The notes: generated by a model from the sequence alone, not told the origin. A stretch of DNA of 64,000 nucleotides from Desulfuromonadaceae bacterium (GCA_028688955.1 JAQTXD010000004.1:8249-72248); one strand, 5' to 3'; positions 8,411-15,919 are shown, counted from the first letter of the stretch. Translations and numbers: made by a program.

Positions 8411-10869
8411 TACCTGACGGACAACTCACCCATGAAAAAATTGCTGAACTCGAACAGCGCATTTCTGAATTGGCGCAAAGCAAGGCGCGGCTTGAACTGC
8501 TTAACCGTCTGCTGACCAGTCTCAGTGAAGTTGCCGGACTTGATAACATGGTGCAGCATATTCTCAACGTCCTGATGCAGACCATTGGTGCGGCCAATAT
8601 ATCGATAATTTTCCGGGTGGGCGACAATTGGCGGTACCGGGATGTCTTCGGGGCGAGCGGACTGTTTCAGGAATCCGACAACCCGGATGTCGTCACCGCG
8701 CTGGCCGACGGCAAACCGGTGCGGATCAGCCAGGGCGTACTGCAGGACGTATCCGCCGGTGAAGCCGATTTGATACAGGTAGAGGAGTGGATATATCCGC
8801 TGGTGTCTCAGGAACGAAAAATTGGTGCCATCTGCATGGACGGTATGCAGTTCTCCGATACCGGTATCTTCAAGGAACTCATCCCCTTTTTCGTGTATGC
8901 CGGTCTGATGCTGGACAACGAAATTTCAAATTATTCCCTTCTGTCGGAAGCGCACCAGCGTCTGCAGGATTCGGAAACCCTCTACCGGACCCTGTTTGAC
9001 GAGTCGCCGGCAGGAGTAGTGCTCTGGAGCGTTCCCGATCTCAGGCCGCTGCAGTTCAATACTGCAGCCCATGCACAGCTTGACTATACCCGGGAAGAGT
9101 TTGCCGGCCTGACCGTCTCGGATTTTGAAGCGGCCAAGAGTGCAGCTGATATGGAAGATACCTCTGTAATCCTGCGGCGGGACGGGATTGTCAATTTTGA
9201 GACGATACATCGAACCAAGGGGGGTGATATCCGCTCGATGGCTATTACCCTGCGGATGATCGAATTGAGTGGAGAGCCGTGTGTCATCGCACTGCACCGG
9301 GATATTACGGAAATGAACCGGACACGGGCCTCTTTGGAGGAGAATCGCCGGTTTCTGGCCGATATTATCGAATACAGCGGCATGCTGATAGCGGTTAAGG
9401 ATCGGGAGGGGCACTATGAGATAGTCAACCGGAAATGGGAGGAAGTTACCGGACTGTCTCGCAGTGAAGCCATTGGCAAAACTGATGAAGAGCTGTTTCC
9501 CGGATCGAGTGGCAAACTGTTCCGGGCAAACGATCTGGAAGTTATTGAGGGGGATTGCTGCATCGAGAGGGAGGAATACTTTGATGATGCCGTGAAAGGC
9601 CGCCAGTATGGAATTTCGACAAAGTTTCCCCTGAAAGCCGCAGACGGCACGATCAGTGGGCTCTGTCTCATGAGTACGGATATTACAGACCGGAAGCGTT
9701 CGGAGGAAGAGCGGCTGAATCTTGAAAAACAGCTCCTCCATTCACAGAAACTTAAAAGCCTGGGCGTGTTGGCCGGCGGCATTGCCCATGACTTCAACAA
9801 CATCCTCACCGCCATCATCGGCAATGCCGATCTGGCCCTGATGCGCATCAACAAGGAATCACCGGCGGTGGACAACCTGCATCGCATTGAACATGCCGCC
9901 GCCCGTGCGGCCGACCTCGCCAAACAGATGCTTGCCTATTCCGGAAAGGGCAAGTTCGTGGTCGAGAATATAAACCTGAACGTCCTGCTGGAAGATATGC
10001 TGCACATGCTGGAAGTCTCCATTTCAAAAAAAGCGGTGCTGCGGCTCAACCCCCATCAGCAACTCCCGGTGGTAGAGGCAGATGCGACCCAGATCCGCCA
10101 GATCGTCATGAATCTGGTGATCAACGCTTCGGAAGCGATTGGTGACAAAAGCGGCGTTATTGCCATTACAACCGGATGTATCGACTGTAACCGGAATTAT
10201 CTGGAAGATGTCTGGCTGGATGAGAATCTGAACGATGGTCTGTATGTGTATCTGGAAATTGCTGATACCGGATGCGGCATGGATAAGGAGACTCTGTCCA
10301 AGCTGTTTGATCCTTTTTTTACGACGAAATTTACCGGTAGAGGTCTTGGTATGGCTGCTGTACTCGGTATCGTACGAGGGCACAAGGGTGCTATCAAGGT
10401 TTACAGCGAGCAGAATAAAGGCACCACCTTCAAGATTCTGCTTCCTTCATCTGGCAAACCGCCCGAAGTTTTCAACGGTACCTCTCCCGGCAACGCATGG
10501 CACGGCAACGGGGTTGTACTGCTGGTCGATGACGAAGAAACCATTCGTGGCCTCGGCATTCAGATGTTGAAAGAGATCGGCTTTAGCGCCATCACCGCCG
10601 ATGACGGCAGAGAGGCGCTGGAGATTTTCAAATCCAGGGATGACATTGCTTTTGTTATCCTTGATCTTACCATGCCGCATATGGATGGCGAGCAATGTTT
10701 CCGTGAGTTACGGCAGCTGAATCCGGACGTCAAGGTAATCATGTCCAGCGGTTTTAACGAGCAGGAAGTGACGCAGAAGTTCATCGGCAAGGGGTTGGCC
10801 GGCTTCCTGCAGAAACCGTATAAGCTGTCGACACTCCAGTCTACGATTCAAAAAGTATTAAAACAGTAA
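8407..10869 (+). CDS. Cytoplasmic hybrid sensor histidine kinase (coiled coil, GAF, PAS, PAS, HisKA, HATPase_c, receiver)
   Basis: 820 aa with no TM segment. GAF-like N-terminal region, then two PAS-like segments (YRTLFDESPAGVVLW; FLADIIEYSGMLIAVKD). The H-box, ATPase and receiver are near-identical to those of the 3503-6121 kinase. ATGA overlap with the DUF1638 gene. Confidence 0.85.
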   Translation: MIPDGQLTHEKIAELEQRISELAQSKARLELLNRLLTSLSEVAGLDNMVQHILNVLMQTIGAANISIIFRVGDNWRYRDVFGASGLFQESDNPDVVTALADGKPVRISQGVLQDVSAGEADLIQVEEWIYPLVSQERKIGAICMDGMQFSDTGIFKELIPFFVYAGLMLDNEISNYSLLSEAHQRLQDSETLYRTLFDESPAGVVLWSVPDLRPLQFNTAAHAQLDYTREEFAGLTVSDFEAAKSAADMEDTSVILRRDGIVNFETIHRTKGGDIRSMAITLRMIELSGEPCVIALHRDITEMNRTRASLEENRRFLADIIEYSGMLIAVKDREGHYEIVNRKWEEVTGLSRSEAIGKTDEELFPGSSGKLFRANDLEVIEGDCCIEREEYFDDAVKGRQYGISTKFPLKAADGTISGLCLMSTDITDRKRSEEERLNLEKQLLHSQKLKSLGVLAGGIAHDFNNILTAIIGNADLALMRINKESPAVDNLHRIEHAAARAADLAKQMLAYSGKGKFVVENINLNVLLEDMLHMLEVSISKKAVLRLNPHQQLPVVEADATQIRQIVMNLVINASEAIGDKSGVIAITTGCIDCNRNYLEDVWLDENLNDGLYVYLEIADTGCGMDKETLSKLFDPFFTTKFTGRGLGMAAVLGIVRGHKGAIKVYSEQNKGTTFKILLPSSGKPPEVFNGTSPGNAWHGNGVVLLVDDEETIRGLGIQMLKEIGFSAITADDGREALEIFKSRDDIAFVILDLTMPHMDGEQCFRELRQLNPDVKVIMSSGFNEQEVTQKFIGKGLAGFLQKPYKLSTLQSTIQKVLKQ
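9679..10827. repeat. Copy 2 of the ~1.15-kb paralogous duplication (transmitter plus receiver module)
   Basis: See 4892-6040. Same length and no indels detected by eye along the protein alignment. Confidence 0.8.
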
Positions 10870-10937
10870 CGACTATTTCAAACGTTTGTCCCACGTGGCA
10901 CGGCTCATGCTATCTCCCGGTACAGGGGGATACATTT

Positions 10938-11504
10938 ATGAGTAGATCAATACTGATTTGTGATGACGAACCGCTCATCAGAACGAACCTGAAGAGTATG
11001 TTGGTTGATCTCGGTTTTGATGAGATCCTGGAATGCGGAGACGGCGCAAAAGCCGTTGAGCTGGCGTTGGCAAGCTTTCCCGATATTGCGATTCTTGATG
11101 TTTCCATGCCCGGAATGGATGGCATAAGCGCTGCGATCGAGATCAGAAAAAAACTGAAAATCCCCATCATGCTGCTGACCAGCGCCTGTGACGGCGCGAC
11201 TGTAAAACGGGCATCTGCAAGCGGGATTGCCGCTTATTTAACCAAACCCCTCCGCCAGCAGGACCTGTTGCCTGCCATAGAGATAGCCCTGCAGCACACA
11301 GAAGCGATTGAAGAGTTGAAAGAAAAAATCGATGATCTGCACGAGCTGATTGAGAATCGTAAGGTCATTGAAAAAGCCAAGGGTTTGATAATGGAAAAGA
11401 ACCACTTGTCTGAGGCGGAGGCGTATCGCGCCATGCAGAAAACGGCAATGGACAAGCGGAAAACTCTGCTGCAGGTTGCAGGGGGCATTTTGAAGGAAGG
11501 GTAG
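10938..11504 (+). CDS. ANTAR-domain response regulator (receiver plus RNA-binding antiterminator output; AmiR/NasT/GnfR type)
   Basis: 188 aa. Receiver: ILICDDEP...ILDVSMPGMDG...TKP. A coiled linker is followed by an ANTAR helix bundle: RKVIEKAKGLIMEKNHLSEAEAYRAMQKTAMDKRKTL. Confidence 0.85.
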   Translation: MSRSILICDDEPLIRTNLKSMLVDLGFDEILECGDGAKAVELALASFPDIAILDVSMPGMDGISAAIEIRKKLKIPIMLLTSACDGATVKRASASGIAAYLTKPLRQQDLLPAIEIALQHTEAIEELKEKIDDLHELIENRKVIEKAKGLIMEKNHLSEAEAYRAMQKTAMDKRKTLLQVAGGILKEG

Positions 11505-11507
11505 CCA

Positions 11508-11547
11508 TTCACACAGAGACGCAGGCGGTAGCAGGCGCCTCTGTGTG
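11508..11547. terminator. Intergenic hairpin between the convergent ANTAR regulator and draG genes (possible bidirectional terminator)
   Basis: TCACACAGAG (11508-11517) pairs perfectly with CTCTGTGTGA (11538-11547). No clear T-tract follows. Confidence 0.4.
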
Positions 11548-11570
11548 ATCAATTTAGAACAGTTACATCA

Positions 11571-12491
11571 TTAAAATCTTCTCCCCGCCGGGCTCTCCGC
11601 AATCAGACGTTCTGCCACGATCTCAATTTCAGCAATCACTTTTGCATCCATTTTCTTTATCCAGCGTTTCGGTATTCCCTCCATGCCGTAATAGGCACCT
11701 GCCAGCATCCCGCAGATGGCACCGGTCGTATCGGCATCGGCACCTTGATTGACGGTTCCAACCAGGCACTCTTCAAAGCTCTTCCCCCGGAAAAACCAGT
11801 GAAACACCGTCTGCATGGTATCAACTACATAACCGGTCGCAAGGCCGCGGTACGGTTCAAAGTTGAACGTTGGAAATCTGAGCAGCAGTCCGTCAACATG
11901 GCGGCGCAGACGGCTTTTTTCCGCTCCGCAGAGCGCCATGTGCAGAAGTTGCCCCAGGCAGAGGCAGGCGGCATCGGATACCGGGTTGTTATGGGTGATG
12001 TGGGCCTGCTCGATGACATACTGTTTGAGCAGCTCACCATCAGGGAGAGAAAAGAGGACTGCGGGAAGGAGGCGCATGGCAGCGCCGTTGCCGGCATCCC
12101 ACTCGTTTTGCGGTGCTTCCAGTCGTCCGTGGAGAAGATAGGCGCGGATGCCCTTGCGGCAGGTATCGCCGCAGTCAACCGGACGTGACTTGAGCCAGGC
12201 GGCAAAGTTGTCAGCGACCGCCGTCAGTGACCATCCCTGACTTTTAATAATAGCCCGGGCGATACAAAGCGCCATTTCGGTATCATCAGTGACCTGTCCC
12301 GGCTTTAAACGCAGCCAGCCACCGCCGATAATGTCACGGAATGTGCCGTATTTTGAAGCAATCTCAGAGGCGGTCATGAATTCGACCGTGGCACCCAGAG
12401 CATCACCGATCGCCATACCGATAAAGGCGGCCCGTGCACGGTCGTGAATTTCTTCAAGGTTGTACTGGATAAACATGGGTACCCCATACAT
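11571..12491 (-). CDS. draG: ADP-ribosyl-(dinitrogen reductase) glycohydrolase DraG
   Basis: 306 aa. Long blocks match my recollection of Rhodospirillum rubrum DraG: GDALGATVEFMT, GGGWLRLKPGQVTDDTEM, WLKSRPVDCGDTCR, DAGNGAAMR, ITHNNPVSDAAC, YVVDTMQTV, NQGADADTTGAICGMLAGAYYG. An alternative start lies at 12476. Confidence 0.8.
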   Translation of the reverse strand: MYGVPMFIQYNLEEIHDRARAAFIGMAIGDALGATVEFMTASEIASKYGTFRDIIGGGWLRLKPGQVTDDTEMALCIARAIIKSQGWSLTAVADNFAAWLKSRPVDCGDTCRKGIRAYLLHGRLEAPQNEWDAGNGAAMRLLPAVLFSLPDGELLKQYVIEQAHITHNNPVSDAACLCLGQLLHMALCGAEKSRLRRHVDGLLLRFPTFNFEPYRGLATGYVVDTMQTVFHWFFRGKSFEECLVGTVNQGADADTTGAICGMLAGAYYGMEGIPKRWIKKMDAKVIAEIEIVAERLIAESPAGRRF

Positions 12492-12702
12492 TAAAAACAG
12501 TGAGTAGTTGAGTAACGGAGAAAATCTCCCTGCAAGGAATACTCCGACACCAATATGCTTAAATTGTGTGCACTTTGTGTACGGGAAGGAGACGGTACGC
12601 TGTTTACACTGACAAACAATTGCGCTCAGTGTTTCTGCCAGGTTTTGTCTGATGCTCAGTTGCCCTGTGTTTTAAAGGGTTTGATGTGTTGTCCTGGCAA
12701 GA

Positions 12703-12718
12703 TGGCACACTCTATGCT
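12703..12718 (+). promoter_or_regulatory. Sigma-54 (-24/-12) promoter of the nifB operon
   Basis: TGGCAC-ACTCT-ATGCT against consensus TGGCAC-N5-TTGCW. The GG/GC spacing is correct, and the element lies 79 nt upstream of the nifB ATG. Confidence 0.7.
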
Positions 12719-12735
12719 CTATCAACTTCAGCAAT

Positions 12736-12747
12736 GGCAACGACGCC
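12736..12747 (+). promoter_or_regulatory. Candidate ANTAR-target stem-loop (3-bp stem, hexaloop AACGAC) overlapping the 5' arm of the leader terminator
   Basis: GGC-AACGAC-GCC has A at loop position 1 and G at position 4, as in described ANTAR substrates. Its 3' half (12743-12747) is also part of the terminator stem. A convincing second hexaloop hairpin was not found. Confidence 0.3.
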
Positions 12748-12780
12748 CGCGGGATTTTTCCTGTGGGCGTTTTTTATTTT
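12743..12780 (+). terminator. Intrinsic terminator inside the nifB 5' leader (attenuator)
   Basis: ACGCCCGCGGG (12743-12753) pairs with CCTGTGGGCGT (12760-12770): 11 bp including 2 G-U pairs. The loop is ATTTTT and TTTTTATTTT follows. The element lies between the sigma-54 promoter and the nifB start codon at 12797. Confidence 0.7.
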
Positions 12781-12796
12781 GGAAGGAGCATAAATT

Positions 12797-13666
12797 ATGG
12801 CAACTGCATGTGAAATGAAGGACAAAATCCAGGGACATCCCTGCTTCGGCGGTAACCATCACAAAAACGGCCGTATGCATCTGGCCGTGGCGCCCAAGTG
12901 CAATATCAAATGCGGCTATTGCTCACGCAAGCACGACTGCGCCAACGAATCACGCCCCGGCGTTACCAGCCGTATTCTTACTCCTCAGGAAGCGATTGAA
13001 AAAGTGCGGGAAGTCATGGCCAGCCCGATCGCCGGTCCGATTATCAAGGTTGTCGGTATCGCCGGTCCCGGAGATCCGCTTGCCAACGAAGAGACCTTTG
13101 AGACCTTTGAGATGGTTAAAAAAGAATTTCCCCACCTGATGCTCTGCCTCAGCACCAATGGGCTGCTGCTGCCGGAATCAATAGACCGTCTGTATGAAAT
13201 GGGGTTGCACAGTCTGACTGTTACCATTAACGCAGTCGACCCGGAAATCGGTGCCCAGATTTACCGCCATGTTATCTATCACGGTACGCATTACACTGGT
13301 GTTGAAGGGGCAGAAATACTTATCGCCAACCAGTTTGCGGGGCTCAAGCGGGCGGGTGGACTTGGTCTCACCATAAAGGTTAATTCGGTCCTCATACCGG
13401 GAGTCAACGACGATCAGCTGCCGTTGATAGCCAAACGGGTCAAGGAGTTGGGGGCTTTCGTCATGAATATCATGCCGATTATTCCCCAGGCTGAACTGGC
13501 ACACATTGTACCACCAACCGAGGAGCGTGTCGCGGCACTCCGTTCAGCGAACGAGAACATTATCGGTCAATTTGCCCATTGCAAGCAGTGCCGTGCCGAT
13601 GCGATCGGCCTAATCGGTCAGGACCTCAACGTAACAATAGCCGAGGCGGCTTGTCCGACGCCATGA
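12797..13666 (+). CDS. nifB: Nitrogenase FeMo-cofactor biosynthesis radical SAM protein NifB (short form, radical SAM domain only)
   Basis: 289 aa. HPCFGGNHHKNGRMHLAVAPKCNIKCGYCSRKHDCANESRPGV is the NifB signature, including the CxxxCxxC cluster. There is no NifX-like C-terminal extension. Confidence 0.9.
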   Translation: MATACEMKDKIQGHPCFGGNHHKNGRMHLAVAPKCNIKCGYCSRKHDCANESRPGVTSRILTPQEAIEKVREVMASPIAGPIIKVVGIAGPGDPLANEETFETFEMVKKEFPHLMLCLSTNGLLLPESIDRLYEMGLHSLTVTINAVDPEIGAQIYRHVIYHGTHYTGVEGAEILIANQFAGLKRAGGLGLTIKVNSVLIPGVNDDQLPLIAKRVKELGAFVMNIMPIIPQAELAHIVPPTEERVAALRSANENIIGQFAHCKQCRADAIGLIGQDLNVTIAEAACPTP

Positions 13667-14484
13667 CAATTGAACCGTTCTGCACAGAGGAGATACCGGC
13701 ATTCCTGGCTTTGGCGGAAGCTGAACAGTGGGTGGCAGAATCATGGGAATTTGAATTTCTTCTCTCTGCGTTCCCCCAGGGGTGCTTTACCGCACGTGGG
13801 AGTGATGGAGAAGCGGTTGGATTTGTAACCTCTCTGCATCATCGGCTGAGCGGATGGATCGGCAATCTGATCGTTGCGGGGGAACAGCGGGGGAAGAGGA
13901 TCGGGCAACGGCTGTTTGGTGCCGCTCTTGAGGCACTTCGCGGGGCCGGTGCTGAAACGTACTGGCTGACCGCCTCTAAATCAGGTCAACCGCTCTATGA
14001 AAAGTATGGATTTACCCGTACTGATACCATCATCCGCTGGATCGGTAAAGGACGCCAGAAGCATGGTGGGCTCAATGATTTCGGATCAGGCACTCTGAAT
14101 GCCCCGGCCATCGATCTCGACCGCCTCTCCTGGGGCGATCAGCGAGACATGCTGCTGGCAGCGACAGTGGGGCGGGGGAACGTATTACAGGATGAATCAG
14201 GTTTTATTTCACTGCAGCCGTGTGGCGATTCGGTACAGATCGGGCCGTTTGCCGCAGGCAGCGTGAAATGTGCGGAGCATCTTTTTGAGGACGCCATCAG
14301 AACCGTTGCATTGGGCACAAAGATTGTACTGGATGCGCCCGTTTCAAACCGGGCGGCGCTCCGAATTTTCAACCATGGGAAAATGAGGATAGCAGGAAGT
14401 ACCGAACTGATGTATGCGGGCAGGAAACCTGACTATCGACCGGAGTTGGTTTACGGGCTGGCAACGATGGGGAGCTGCGGGTAG
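13663..14484 (+). CDS. GNAT-family N-acetyltransferase (GNAT domain plus C-terminal extension)
   Basis: Start chosen at ATG 13663, which forms an ATGA overlap with the nifB stop. The track ORF from 13579 would overlap nifB by 88 nt. The acetyl-CoA motif region is IVAGEQRGKRIGQRLF (Q/RxxGxG/A type). Confidence 0.7.
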   Translation: MTIEPFCTEEIPAFLALAEAEQWVAESWEFEFLLSAFPQGCFTARGSDGEAVGFVTSLHHRLSGWIGNLIVAGEQRGKRIGQRLFGAALEALRGAGAETYWLTASKSGQPLYEKYGFTRTDTIIRWIGKGRQKHGGLNDFGSGTLNAPAIDLDRLSWGDQRDMLLAATVGRGNVLQDESGFISLQPCGDSVQIGPFAAGSVKCAEHLFEDAIRTVALGTKIVLDAPVSNRAALRIFNHGKMRIAGSTELMYAGRKPDYRPELVYGLATMGSCG

Positions 14485-14511
14485 CTGCGGTACCTCAAGG
14501 GGGAGGAAATC

Positions 14512-15657
14512 ATGAACGGACGACATGACATTATAATTGACGACACGACCCTTCGCGACGGAGAACAGACCGCCGGAGTGGTTTTTTCAAAGCGCGAAAA
14601 AATAGCGATTGCCCGCATGCTCGACTCCATTGGAGTTGGTGAGATTGAGTGCGGAATCCCGGCAATGGGGAAAGAAGAACAGGACAGTATTCGTACGCTC
14701 GTTGATCTGGGCTTGAATGCCCGTCTGATTACCTGGAACCGGGCGCTGGTGCCTGAAATACAGGCGAGCATCGCCTGCGGTGTGCAGGCGGTAGACATTT
14801 CGCTTTCCGTATCAGACCAGATGATCGTTCACAAACTGCGTAAAGACCGCGAGGCGGTCAGAGAACAGTTGAAGGTCGCCCTCGGTTTTGCAAAACAGCA
14901 TAATCTCTATGTGTCCGTCGGCGGTGAAGATGCCAGCCGTGCAGACATGGCTTTCCTGGTTGAACTGATGGAAATTACCCGCACCCTGGGCGGTGATCGT
15001 TTCCGTTTCTGTGACACCCTGGGTATACTGGATCCGTTTACCATGTTTGACAAAGTATCGTTTCTGCGAGCGGCGGTACCTGATGTCGATATCGAAGTGC
15101 ACACCCACAACGACCTGGGGATGGCAACAGCCAACGCCATTGCCGGTATCCGTGCCGGTGCGAAGTTTGTCAACACGACGATTAACGGCCTGGGTGAGCG
15201 GGCGGGAAACGCAGCGCTTGAAGAGGTCGTAATGGGATTGAAGCATGCCTGCGGTATTGAAACCGGCATAGACACCCACCGTTTTCGTGAAATGTCACTG
15301 TTTGTTGCCAAAGCGTCCGATCGGCCGCTCTCCGCTTCCAAGCCGGTGGTCGGGTCACGGGTCTTTGCGCATGAATCGGGACTTCATGCCGATGGTATCA
15401 TCAAAGACCCACGCAATTATGAAGGGTTTGACCCGGCGGATGTCGGCTCGTCCCGCAGTATTCTGGTTGGCAAACATTCCGGCACCGGTGGCCTGATCGA
15501 ACGTTATCGCAGTATGGGTATTACGATTGGCCGTAAACAGGCGGATGTGCTCCTGGAACGTACGCGAAGCATGTCATGCACCCGCAAACGTGACCTGACA
15601 AATTGTGAATTGATGGCCATTTATTTTGGCGAAGAAGGGCTGCCGAAGGCAGCATAA
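14512..15657 (+). CDS. nifV: Homocitrate synthase NifV
   Basis: 381 aa. IIDDTTLRDGEQTAGVVF and HTHNDLGMATANAIAG are HMGL-like/IPMS-family motifs. The length and nif context fit NifV. Confidence 0.85.
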   Translation: MNGRHDIIIDDTTLRDGEQTAGVVFSKREKIAIARMLDSIGVGEIECGIPAMGKEEQDSIRTLVDLGLNARLITWNRALVPEIQASIACGVQAVDISLSVSDQMIVHKLRKDREAVREQLKVALGFAKQHNLYVSVGGEDASRADMAFLVELMEITRTLGGDRFRFCDTLGILDPFTMFDKVSFLRAAVPDVDIEVHTHNDLGMATANAIAGIRAGAKFVNTTINGLGERAGNAALEEVVMGLKHACGIETGIDTHRFREMSLFVAKASDRPLSASKPVVGSRVFAHESGLHADGIIKDPRNYEGFDPADVGSSRSILVGKHSGTGGLIERYRSMGITIGRKQADVLLERTRSMSCTRKRDLTNCELMAIYFGEEGLPKAA

Positions 15658-15668
15658 GGGGAGAGACC

Positions 15669-15905
15669 ATGTGTGAAGCGGGAACTAATTTTGTTGCGAT
15701 TGCCGATGCGGCGCAACTGTTGGAAACAACCGAGGTGCGGGTGCTGATGATGCTCAAGAAAGATGAGCTGCAGGGGAAGCAGGTGGATGGCGCATGGTAT
15801 GTCGACAGGTCATCGCTGAAACTCTGTGAAAAACCGAAAGCTGCTGATATTGTCAGACCGGGCGGTTGCGGCGGCGGCTGCGGCAGCGGCTGCGGCGGGC
15901 ACTAA
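15669..15905 (+). CDS. Small excisionase/MerR-like HTH protein with a C-terminal Cys/Gly tail
   Basis: 78 aa. FVAIADAAQLLETTEVRVLMMLKKDELQGKQVDGAWYVDRSSL resembles HTH_17-type domains. The tail is RPGGCGGGCGSGCGGH, encoded by a GGC/TGC triplet tract at 15861-15900. GGGGAGAG RBS. Lies 11 nt after nifV. Confidence 0.5.
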   Translation: MCEAGTNFVAIADAAQLLETTEVRVLMMLKKDELQGKQVDGAWYVDRSSLKLCEKPKAADIVRPGGCGGGCGSGCGGH

Positions 15906-15919
15906 ACAGCGGAGGGCCT

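Noticed and set aside
12555-12818. 87-aa ORF covering the draG-nifB intergenic region
   Set aside because: It runs through the sigma-54 promoter and the leader terminator and ends inside nifB. The translation is Cys/Leu-rich with no motif and no RBS. The region is better explained as regulatory DNA.
15861-15900. GGC/TGC triplet tract considered as a simple-sequence repeat, CRISPR-like element or contingency locus
   Set aside because: It is only about 40 nt and imperfect, and it lies in frame inside a plausible ORF tail. No spacer-repeat architecture exists here or anywhere else in the window. It is kept only as part of the HTH-tail finding.
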